Source of the DNA: Myxococcaceae bacterium
Lineage (GTDB): Bacteria; Myxococcota; Myxococcia; Myxococcales; UBA5297
Direction of reading: 5' to 3'
DNA: 64,000 nucleotides
Assembly (NCBI GenBank): GCA_017500825.1
Contig: JAFVYB010000081.1
Span: 9,448 to 73,447 of the forward strand
The notes beneath the pieces are model-generated. The model did no database searches and was not told the origin of the DNA. It was given only the letters and a program-made list of their open reading frames with translations. The position numbers and the translations under genes are program-made. This document shows positions 17,677 through 26,078 of this stretch, one piece after another. How positions within the stretch are numbered: the first letter of the stretch is position 1; every line of letters starts with the position of its first letter.

Positions 17677-19965
17677 TCAGCGCCGCGCGGTGGCGCTTAA
17701 AAACAGCGCCGATTCCTCGGGCAGAGACTCGCGAAAGGCGCGCCGGCGACGCCAGGTGTCGAGCCCGCGCCGACTCACCGACTCGTCCTGTTGCGTCCAG
17801 AGGGTGATCGCCTCGTCGAAATCGCCCTTGGCGTCGGCCCAGAAGGCGGCGTCGGTCCAGACGCGGAGGTTTTCCTCGATGAGCGCGGGGTGCGTCAGTC
17901 CCGCCACGTGAGCGCGCCTGAGGAAGGGCAACGCGTCGGTGTTTTGTCCGCGCAGCCAGAGCTGGCGGCCGATGAGGTAGGGGCCGATCGCCCAATCGGG
18001 ACGCGCGTCGGACAGGCGCTGCAAAGCGAGGAGCTCGGCGAGGCCGGACGATTTGTCGAAGTAGCGGCGCAAGGTCTCGCGAGCGCTGTCGTCGTCGATG
18101 GCCTGTCGCTGGATCAGGGCGCTGCGCTCGTCGCCGGGCATGAGCGGCAGGTCGAGCGCTTCGTCGAGAGTCGCGCGGGCGCGCCTGAGGTCGCCCTCAA
18201 GCCAGGCGATGCGGGCGAGGGCGATTTTGGCGCGTCCTCGGAGGTGGGGCGCCGCTGTGTCGAGCCGGGTGATGGCCTCGTAGAGGGTGGCCGCGCCGTC
18301 GAGATCGTCGAGTTGGAGGCTGAGTTCGGCGCGTCGCGAGAGGTAGCCCGGGTCCTCGGGGACGATGCTGGAGCAGCGCTCGTAGAGCTCGCGTGCGCGC
18401 GCCGGGTCGGAACCGCTCAGCGCCCGCGCTTCTTTTTCCAGGTCGGCGATTTCGCGCACGCAGGGACGCTGAAAGAGGCCGCCCGCCCGGAATCGCTGCT
18501 GCGCCGCGCTTTGCGCCTGGGCCGAGGGCGAAAGGCTGTCGAGAAAGCCGTGCCACTCGTCGACGAGGGTCTTCAGGGGCTTGCCGGTCGCCGCTTCGAA
18601 GTCGCCCGCCGGGTAGAGCGCGCGCAGGGCCAAGGCGCCGTGCCGCTCGTGGATGAATCGCAAAAAGCTGCCGACCGCCGTGTAGGACCGGGCGCCGGCG
18701 TGCGCGTAGAAGCCGAGCGGTTCGAGAATGGCGCCGATGTCGGGCAGCCGTCCCTGTTCCCGCATCAGGCGCGCCTGTTCGTGCAGGCCAAACGTCGATG
18801 CGCCATCGTCCTCGGCCGCCACGGCCAGCCCCTCGACGAGGCCGATGTTGAGCCCAACCAGCCCGCTCCAGGAGACGCCAAAGACGGGCGTTCCAAAGTC
18901 CGCGCCAAAGAGGTGGGCCAGTTCGTGCCGCGCCGTCGGGTGGGGCCAGGGGCGATCGAGCGCGTGGAATTGTCCGCGCCAGGGCTTGGCGAAATCGGTG
19001 CGCGAGGCGCCGGTCAGACGCCGTTTTTCCTCTGGGCCGCGGTGGAAGAAGGCGTGAAGGCGCGCCTTGGGCTCGACGCCGAAAAAGTCCGCGAGCTCGC
19101 GTGAGGCGAAGGCCATCTCGAAGGCCAGGCGCCGCGCCTGCTGGGGCGATTTTTCGCGCGGGAAGTGGATCGTCAGGTGGGGCGTCTCGACGCGTCCGCC
19201 AAGGATGGCGTCGATGTCTTCCTCGGTGGTGCGCAGTCCGAGGGCGCCGTCAAAGCGCCAAAAGAGGGCGATGGCGATGAGGCAGGCGGCCAGGGCCCGG
19301 CCCAACCGAGAGCGCAGGCGCTCGCGCCATCCGTCGAGCGATTTCAGGGCCGCGAGGAAGAGGAAGGCGCTCGTCCAGACGAGGGTGAGGGCGCGGAAGG
19401 CGATGAGCCGGGCGTCGACGCTGAGCGCCTCGTCGTAGATGGGGCCGGGGAAGTAGCCGAGCAGGTGGTGGAGGGCGAAGATTTGCGGGCCGTCCCACAG
19501 CGGCCAGAGCGTGACCGCGAGCGAGAGGGCCAAGAGCGGCGTGGCGACGAGGAGGGCGCGGGCGCGGTGGCCGATCCAGCGCTGAAGGCAGAGGCCGATG
19601 GCGGCGCCGCAAAGGGCGGTCGGCGGTGGCAGGAGCAGGGCGAAGCCGATTCCGGTCGAGGCGCGGCAGGTGTCGCCCAGCGCGGCGGTGAGCCAGGCAA
19701 AGGCGATCGGCGGGAGGACGGCGGCGAGCGAGAGGAGGCAGGCGCGGGCCCAGGCCTGGAGCATCGCGGTCGGGCTGGCGCGCGCTTTCAGGCGTTCGGC
19801 GGCGGAAAACCCGAGGCAGGGCGCGAGGAACGCGCAGAGGAGTGTCAGGGCGCTCGACAGCTCAAAGCCGGGCAGATCGAAGAGCGGCCAGAAGGTGAGG
19901 CCCACGCCGATGGCGGCGACGGTGGCGACGGCGACAAAAGCGGGACGGCGGAGCGGGGCGGGCAT
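17677..19965 (-). CDS. Membrane protein with a putative gluzincin (peptidase MA-like) domain and C-terminal TPRs
   Basis: N-terminal TM helices; ARHELAH (HExxH) followed by VEGLAV. Confidence 0.7.
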   Translation of the reverse strand: MPAPLRRPAFVAVATVAAIGVGLTFWPLFDLPGFELSSALTLLCAFLAPCLGFSAAERLKARASPTAMLQAWARACLLSLAAVLPPIAFAWLTAALGDTCRASTGIGFALLLPPPTALCGAAIGLCLQRWIGHRARALLVATPLLALSLAVTLWPLWDGPQIFALHHLLGYFPGPIYDEALSVDARLIAFRALTLVWTSAFLFLAALKSLDGWRERLRSRLGRALAACLIAIALFWRFDGALGLRTTEEDIDAILGGRVETPHLTIHFPREKSPQQARRLAFEMAFASRELADFFGVEPKARLHAFFHRGPEEKRRLTGASRTDFAKPWRGQFHALDRPWPHPTARHELAHLFGADFGTPVFGVSWSGLVGLNIGLVEGLAVAAEDDGASTFGLHEQARLMREQGRLPDIGAILEPLGFYAHAGARSYTAVGSFLRFIHERHGALALRALYPAGDFEAATGKPLKTLVDEWHGFLDSLSPSAQAQSAAQQRFRAGGLFQRPCVREIADLEKEARALSGSDPARARELYERCSSIVPEDPGYLSRRAELSLQLDDLDGAATLYEAITRLDTAAPHLRGRAKIALARIAWLEGDLRRARATLDEALDLPLMPGDERSALIQRQAIDDDSARETLRRYFDKSSGLAELLALQRLSDARPDWAIGPYLIGRQLWLRGQNTDALPFLRRAHVAGLTHPALIEENLRVWTDAAFWADAKGDFDEAITLWTQQDESVSRRGLDTWRRRRAFRESLPEESALFLSATARR

Positions 19966-20091
19966 GACAGGGCGGTCTGGCGGTTCGACGGGGGAGGGCG
20001 ACGGGGCGGCGGACCTTTCCCGATTCCCTCACCTTGGCAAGCCGGGACACGCGTCCGCGGTGAAGTCGACCGCGTTCCTCTGGCGCGATCC

Positions 20092-21288
20092 TCAGGCGCG
20101 AATGGCGCCACCCGCCGCGGCGATGTCTTTCGGGACACGGCGCTCGATCAGCCGTCGATAAAGACGCGCGTGCGCCTCGACGAGGCGATCCGCGCCCAGG
20201 GACCGTTCGACAAAACGGCGGGCGTTTTGGCCCATCTCGAATCGCAGCGCGGGCGCGTCCAAAAGCGTTTCCAGGCGGGCGGCGAAGACGAGCCGGGCGT
20301 CGACAGGCACCACAAACCCGCTCTCCTCGTTGGCCACCAGCTCGGCGTTGCCTCCGGCATCGGTCACCACCATCGGCAGACCGGCGGCCATGGCTTCGAT
20401 GATCGCGTTCGACAGCCCTTCCGCGCGCGAGGCGAGCACGCCGATGTGGGCGCGCCGCAAAATCGCCGGCACATCGCCGCGACGCCCCAAAAACACCACC
20501 TCCCGCCGCAATCCGACAGACGCGGCCACGCGCTCCAGCAGCGGCCGCCGCGGACCATCGCCGATGAGCCACAGCCGGGCCTTCGGATGGCGCGCTCTGA
20601 GCCAGGAGAAGACTTCGATGAGGAGCTCCTGCGCCTTGACCGGGTGGTTCATGTTTGCCACGTGCGCGACGATGATCTCGCCGTTCTCGACGGGCGGCAG
20701 GTTCGATTCGGGGGGACGGCGGGCCTTTTCGTCGAAGCGGGAAAGGTCGATGCCGTTGCGGATGACCGTGACGCGGTCGCTTTTGAGGCGTTCTTCGCGC
20801 GCGATTTGGCGGGCGATGGCCTCGGCGTTGGCGACGAGGTGATCGGCGGCGCGGCTGACTGCCCTGAGCGCCAGTTTTTGCGCCGCGCTCTGCCAGTGCA
20901 TGAGGTCGAGTCGGCTGAGCACGACGCGGCATTGGGCCAGGCGCGCGGCGGGGACGGCCAGGATCGAGGTGTAGAGGTCGTGCGCGTGGATGAGAGCGAC
21001 GCGACGCGATTTGAGCCAGCGGGCCAGCCGCCACACCTGTCGGGGCGTCTGCGGCGAGACAAAGCTGTGGTCGAGCGGAAAGGCCACGGGATCGACGCCG
21101 ATCTCGCGCGCTGCGTTCAGGTGTCCGCCCTTCAGGCTCAGCGCCGCCAGCTGGATGTCGAAGCGGTCGATGAGTCCGCGCGTCAGGAGCAGCGCCTGTC
21201 CTTCGGTGCCGCCGAGATGGAAGCTGTTGATGAACTGGGCGATGCGCGGGCGTTCGCGCTCGGCTGGGTCGCGGGGAAGTGGGCTCAT
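20092..21288 (-). CDS. Glycosyltransferase family 4
   Basis: GGTEGQ, IHAHD, IRNGID, GDGP, EGLSNAIIEAMAAGLPMVVTDAGG. Confidence 0.93.
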   Translation of the reverse strand: MSPLPRDPAERERPRIAQFINSFHLGGTEGQALLLTRGLIDRFDIQLAALSLKGGHLNAAREIGVDPVAFPLDHSFVSPQTPRQVWRLARWLKSRRVALIHAHDLYTSILAVPAARLAQCRVVLSRLDLMHWQSAAQKLALRAVSRAADHLVANAEAIARQIAREERLKSDRVTVIRNGIDLSRFDEKARRPPESNLPPVENGEIIVAHVANMNHPVKAQELLIEVFSWLRARHPKARLWLIGDGPRRPLLERVAASVGLRREVVFLGRRGDVPAILRRAHIGVLASRAEGLSNAIIEAMAAGLPMVVTDAGGNAELVANEESGFVVPVDARLVFAARLETLLDAPALRFEMGQNARRFVERSLGADRLVEAHARLYRRLIERRVPKDIAAAGGAIRA

Positions 21289-21314
21289 CGGGCGATCTCT
21301 CCTGCGCGCGTGGC

Positions 21315-22550
21315 CTAGGCAAAGGCGCGCGACGACTCGACATGGGCGCGGGCCTGAACGCGCTCGCAGGAAGCTAAAAGCGCCCAGAAGAAAAAGAAGT
21401 GCGCCGAGATGAGGTAGCCGCTGAAGAGGTCGCAGAGGAGGAACCCGGCCCCGCCGGCGACGAGAGATCTGCTCAGGCCGAGGAGCTCCGCGTCGCCGCC
21501 AGAGCTGTCGAGCGCGCGCCACGCCCCGAACGCGCCGCCCAGCGCGCCGCCGACGAATCCGAGCAACAGGCTCAGGCCGACGAGGCCCAGCTCGCCAAGG
21601 ACCGAGAGGAAGACGTTGTGCGCCACCAGGGCGAGACCGCGTGCCTCGCGCGGCGCGTAGTCCTCCCAGGCCAAGGGAAAGGCGCCCAGCCCGACGCCGC
21701 CGAGCGGGCGATCGCGGCTGATGTCGGCGGTGACCTCCCAGGCGAAGACGCGTCCCATGGCCGACACGTCGCGCTCAAAGCTGCCCAGCGACTCGGTGCG
21801 ATCCCAGAAGCTGGACGGGGCAAAGAGGGCGACCGCGAGGAAGAGGAGGACGACGGCGGAAGCGGCGCGCAGACGGCGTTTGCCGAGCATGGCCCAGGTG
21901 ATCGCGCAGAGGGCGAGTCCCAGGGCGCCACCGCGCGAATGCGTCAAGACGATTGCCGCCACCGATCCCACGGCCGAGACGGCGGCCACGGCGCGTTGCC
22001 ACAGGGCGCGACGGCTGAGCGCGAAGAAGAGCGCGAGAGGGACAATCGACACCAGCGTCATCGCCAGGTGGTTGGGGTCCTCGTAGACGCCCTCCCAGCT
22101 GGCCCGAAAGCCATCGACGAGGTCGATCCCGCCTCGCCAGTGATCGATGGTGCCGAAGGCGGGCGCCAGCGCGGCGATGACGATGGCGAGGCACAGGCGG
22201 CTCAGGCGCGCCGTCGAGCTCACGACGTGGATCGCGGTCAGGTAGATGGCGGCCAGCTTGCACAGCTCGAAGGCCATGGGACGCGTCACTTCGGGCGCGC
22301 GCGACCATGAAAGCGAGCAAAAGGCCCAGGCGCACAGCGCGAGGAGAAAGATGCCGCGCGGCGCGTCGAGTGAAACCCCGCGGCCTTGAGCCACGCGCCC
22401 CATCGCGAGGCCCGCGAGGGCGATGAGCGCGCAGAAGAGAGCCGGACGCAGCGCGCCGAGCGCCGGGAAGAGATGGGCGACGCTCGCGTAGGTCGAGACG
22501 GCAAACCCGACGATCGCCACGAACGCGAAGGCGTCTTTGCCCTGCCGCAT
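21315..22550 (-). CDS. O-antigen ligase/Wzy-like polysaccharide polymerase
   Basis: Multi-TM; DPNHLA, THSRGG, GVGLGAF, AHNVFLSVLGELG. Confidence 0.88.
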   Translation of the reverse strand: MRQGKDAFAFVAIVGFAVSTYASVAHLFPALGALRPALFCALIALAGLAMGRVAQGRGVSLDAPRGIFLLALCAWAFCSLSWSRAPEVTRPMAFELCKLAAIYLTAIHVVSSTARLSRLCLAIVIAALAPAFGTIDHWRGGIDLVDGFRASWEGVYEDPNHLAMTLVSIVPLALFFALSRRALWQRAVAAVSAVGSVAAIVLTHSRGGALGLALCAITWAMLGKRRLRAASAVVLLFLAVALFAPSSFWDRTESLGSFERDVSAMGRVFAWEVTADISRDRPLGGVGLGAFPLAWEDYAPREARGLALVAHNVFLSVLGELGLVGLSLLLGFVGGALGGAFGAWRALDSSGGDAELLGLSRSLVAGGAGFLLCDLFSGYLISAHFFFFWALLASCERVQARAHVESSRAFA

Positions 22551-22833
22551 CGCGCCTCCCTCCGCCTTCCACAGATCTGGCCTCTCGCCCGCGACAGCCG
22601 ATGGGCCCGCGGAAGCTGCTCACGCCTCCAGTCAGGCGCCTTCCCCCTCTTGGAATCGGCGCGTCCGCCCCTCGCGAAATGTCCTTGCGCTGCGCCGCGA
22701 CTCGTCGTTTTCCCGCGCGCCTTTTTGGCGCCGCCCCACGCGTCCATGAGACCCGCCGCGTTCTGAGGGTGGCTTCCCGCGCCGAAGCGCTCCTCGTCCG
22801 CCCAGAACTGCGGACAGGCCGACGGCGGAAAGG

Positions 22834-24042
22834 ATGGTGGCGGTGTTTTCCGACGACAGAATCGACGGAGGTTTTTCGGCTGACGAGACGACGGCCGCGG
22901 CAGAGGCGGCGCGTTCGGACGGCGCGACTTTGCCCACCTGGGAAGCCATCGGCGCCCACCTGTCGGCAGGCGATTTGCCCAAGGCGCACGAAGCGTTGCG
23001 CGCGCTGTGCGAGGCGTCCCCCGAACTTCCCGAGGCCTGGATCAACCGCGGCTCTCTGGAGCGGGCCATGGGCGATCTTTCGTCTGCCGCCACCCACCTC
23101 GAACGCGGCATCGCCCTCTTGAAAGCCCGTTCGCCTTCCGCCGATCCGCTGCTCGTGCCCGCCTACCTCAACCTGGCCGAGGTCCTGGAAACGCTCGAAG
23201 ACGTGTCGCGCGCCGCCGATGTGCTGCGGGAAGCCTTCAGGCGCGCCCCCGAGTCGCCCTCGCCCCTCATCCAGCTGGCCGGCCTTCAGGCGCGGGCGGG
23301 CAATCTCGACGCGGCCAGGCGCACAGCCCGCGACTACTGCTTCGCGGCGGTCAGCATCCTTTCGGAAAAGCCCTCCATCGCCCTTGTCCGCAAATTCCAA
23401 AAAGCGCTCGAAGCGGCGGACGCCATCGACGGACGACTGCTCCTCATCGCCACCCGCGAGGCCTACGCCATGGCCTTTGAATCGGCGGCCTTTCCCCTGC
23501 GCGAATCGGCGCGCTTCGAGGTGGCGCGCGAGGAGGTTTCCGAAGAGACGGGCGACGCCTATGCGCTCAACCGCTCGGACGCCTTCGTCGAGGCGACGAA
23601 CGAATGGCGAACGCTGACGCCCAATCCTGTCTACGGCTTTCCGGGCAACGCGCCGGCGGCCAGGGAGGCGCTCTTCACCGTGCCCGCCGAACTCGGGGCC
23701 CCCTTTGAGACGCGCGTCTCCACCAGGACCGCATGGAATGCGCTGGCCGTGCGCGTCCGTTTTCGCGAGGCGCTCGACGACGAACGCGCGCAGGCTGCCG
23801 AAGACGCCATCGCCACCTGGTTCAGGCGCGGCTTTATGGGCGGCTTTTCCCTGCAGAGGGACAAAGGGTTTTTCCACGCCCTCTCGCGCCCGGTCCGCGT
23901 CGGCGAACGCGCCCTGCGCTGGGAGATCGACCTCGGCCTGGCCAATCAAACCGCCATCGCCGCCCTCATCGAGACGCTCGCGGACCTGCACCAGCGCCAT
24001 CCCATCGACCGCCTCGTGCTCGGCGACGGCCTCATCGGCTGA
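22834..24042 (+). CDS. TPR protein with an uncharacterised C-terminal domain (DUF3531-like)
   Basis: N-terminal TPRs (PEAWINRG, AYLNLAEVL); C-terminus WFRRGFMGGF...RWEIDLG...IDRLVLG. Confidence 0.7.
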   Translation: MVAVFSDDRIDGGFSADETTAAAEAARSDGATLPTWEAIGAHLSAGDLPKAHEALRALCEASPELPEAWINRGSLERAMGDLSSAATHLERGIALLKARSPSADPLLVPAYLNLAEVLETLEDVSRAADVLREAFRRAPESPSPLIQLAGLQARAGNLDAARRTARDYCFAAVSILSEKPSIALVRKFQKALEAADAIDGRLLLIATREAYAMAFESAAFPLRESARFEVAREEVSEETGDAYALNRSDAFVEATNEWRTLTPNPVYGFPGNAPAAREALFTVPAELGAPFETRVSTRTAWNALAVRVRFREALDDERAQAAEDAIATWFRRGFMGGFSLQRDKGFFHALSRPVRVGERALRWEIDLGLANQTAIAALIETLADLHQRHPIDRLVLGDGLIG

Positions 24043-24119
24043 CCGCGCATTCCCTCGCGCCACAGGTCAGTCGCCCGCCACCCCATCCCGCCACTTCACC
24101 AGGAAGCACCCCAAAAAAG

Positions 24120-25103
24120 ATGACGACGCGATCCCCCTCCATCTCTCAGGGCCCGGCCACAGCGCGCGGCGACGGCTTCAGCGCCATCGTCGAGGAGTTG
24201 GCCTCTGACGCGCCCATGCTCGACGCCCTCCAGCTCATCCCCGGCGTGCGGCGCGAACTGCCCTCCCGTGACCGCCTGATCGAGCTCGTCGAGATCCTTC
24301 GCGCCATCCTCTTTCCCGGCTTCTTCGGCCCCTCGGAGGTCTCCTCCGAAAGCCTGCGCTACGCCATCGGCGCGGCCATGGATCGCGTCTTCCACGGGTT
24401 GAGCGAGCAGATTCGACGCGGCCTGTGCGCCGCCTGCGCCGAACCGCGCGACGACACCTGCGTGAAGTGCGCCGAACGCGCGCGCGACATCACCCGACGA
24501 TTCCTCGAACGCCTGCCACGCCTCAGGGCCGTGCTCCTGACCGACGTGCGCGCCGCCTACGAGGGCGACCCGGCCGCGCGCAGCCAGGCAGAGGCGCTCT
24601 TCTCGTATCCGGGCATCTTCGCCATCACCAACTACCGCCTGGCCCACGAGCTCTTCGAACTCGGCGTTCCCTTCCTGCCCCGTATCATCACCGAGCACGC
24701 CCACAGCCTCACCGGCATCGACATCCACCCCGGCGCCACCATCGGCGGCGCGTTCTTCATCGACCACGGAACCGGCGTCGTCATCGGCGAGACCTGCGTC
24801 ATCGGCGAGCGCGTGCGCATCTACCAGGGCGTGACGCTCGGCGCGAAGAGCTTCCCCCTTGACGGCGAAGGCCGCCCCATCAAGGGCATCGCCCGCCACC
24901 CCATCCTCGAAGAGGGCGTCGTCATCTACTCCAACGCCACCCTGCTCGGCCGCATCACCGTCGGTCGCGGTTCGACGATCGGCGGCAACGTCTGGCTGAC
25001 TCACAGCGTCCCGCCCGGCAGCATGATCACCCAGGCCAACGCGCGCTCACCGGTCCAGGGCGACGGCTTCACGCCCACCCCGCTGCCCGTCCCCAAAACC
25101 TGA
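24120..25103 (+). CDS. cysE: Serine O-acetyltransferase (EpsC-type)
   Basis: GDPAA, YPG, TGIDIHPGATIG, FFIDHGTGVVIGET, YQGVTLG, RHP. Confidence 0.95.
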   Translation: MTTRSPSISQGPATARGDGFSAIVEELASDAPMLDALQLIPGVRRELPSRDRLIELVEILRAILFPGFFGPSEVSSESLRYAIGAAMDRVFHGLSEQIRRGLCAACAEPRDDTCVKCAERARDITRRFLERLPRLRAVLLTDVRAAYEGDPAARSQAEALFSYPGIFAITNYRLAHELFELGVPFLPRIITEHAHSLTGIDIHPGATIGGAFFIDHGTGVVIGETCVIGERVRIYQGVTLGAKSFPLDGEGRPIKGIARHPILEEGVVIYSNATLLGRITVGRGSTIGGNVWLTHSVPPGSMITQANARSPVQGDGFTPTPLPVPKT

Positions 25104-25177
25104 AAAAACCTGAAAAAAAACAGTTGCCAAAGCGTCGAATAATCGACAGAAGGCGCGCGCTTCTTGCAAGCACTCAA

Positions 25178-25263
25178 GGGGTTCGACCTCTCACCTCCCC
25201 CCTGAGAGGTCGTTTGAAGGTCGCCGGGTTTTTCTCTCCTTTCCCCGGCGGCCTTCTTTTTTT
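25178..25263 (+). ncRNA. Candidate structured RNA (two hairpins with C-rich loops plus intrinsic terminator) between cysE and queE
   Basis: 10-bp stem cgacctctca/tgagaggtcg with loop cctcccccc; 13-bp stem gaaggtcgccggg/cccggcggccttc followed by T7. Confidence 0.45.
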
Positions 25264-25313
25264 GTCCGAACGCCGCGCCGAGCTTCACGCCCTGTCAGCA
25301 CAAGACGCGCCCC

Positions 25314-25955
25314 ATGAACTCCTTTCGCGTCAACGAGATCTTCGAGAGCGTCCAGGGCGAGACGACCCACGCCGGCCGCCCCTGCCTCTTTGTCCGCTTC
25401 ACCGGCTGTGATCTGCGCTGCCGCTATTGCGACACGCGCCACGCCTACGACGAAGGCAGCCTCATGAGCGGCGAGGCCATCGTCGAGAAGCTCCTTGGCT
25501 GGCGCACGCGCTTTGTGACGCTCACCGGCGGCGAACCGACCCTGCAGCCCGGCCTGGCGACGCTCTGCGAGACGCTCATCGAACGCGGCTTCGAGGTCGC
25601 CATCGAGACCCACGGCCAGCGCCCGCTCGACCATTTGCCCGCCGCGGTCCGCCGCATCGTCGACCTGAAGACCCCCGGCTCCGGCAGCGAGGACACGCGC
25701 CTTGTCAATCTGGACGCGCTCAGGCCCGGCGACGAGCTGAAGATCGTCGTCACCAGCCGCGCCGACTTCGACTGGGCCCGCGCCATCGTCGAGCGCTTCC
25801 ACCTCGACCGCCGCCTGCCCGTCGTCTTCTCGCCCGCCTTTGGCGAAGTCGAACCGCGCGATCTGGTGGCCTGGCTCCTCGACTCCAAACTCGACGCGCG
25901 CCTCGGCCTGCAGCTGCACAAGGTCATCTGGGACCCGGCCACCCGCGGCGTGTGA
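25314..25955 (+). CDS. queE: 7-carboxy-7-deazaguanine synthase (radical SAM)
   Basis: EIFESVQGE, FVRFTGCDLRCRYCDT, TGGEP, IETHG, QLHK. Confidence 0.9.
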   Translation: MNSFRVNEIFESVQGETTHAGRPCLFVRFTGCDLRCRYCDTRHAYDEGSLMSGEAIVEKLLGWRTRFVTLTGGEPTLQPGLATLCETLIERGFEVAIETHGQRPLDHLPAAVRRIVDLKTPGSGSEDTRLVNLDALRPGDELKIVVTSRADFDWARAIVERFHLDRRLPVVFSPAFGEVEPRDLVAWLLDSKLDARLGLQLHKVIWDPATRGV

Positions 25956-26078
25956 TCGCGCGCCTGCCGCGCCGCTCCCGCGAAATCGCCCGGACGCCTG
26001 CGCGCCGAATGTCGGCCTTCGACTTGCGCGCGCGCTTTGGCGACGTATGGGGCGACGCCTTTCTCGTCCGACGCCCCG

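Noticed and set aside
25178-25215. Canonical preQ1-I riboswitch
   Set aside because: It lacks the A-rich 3' tail needed for the pseudoknot. Kept only as a non-canonical candidate in the findings.
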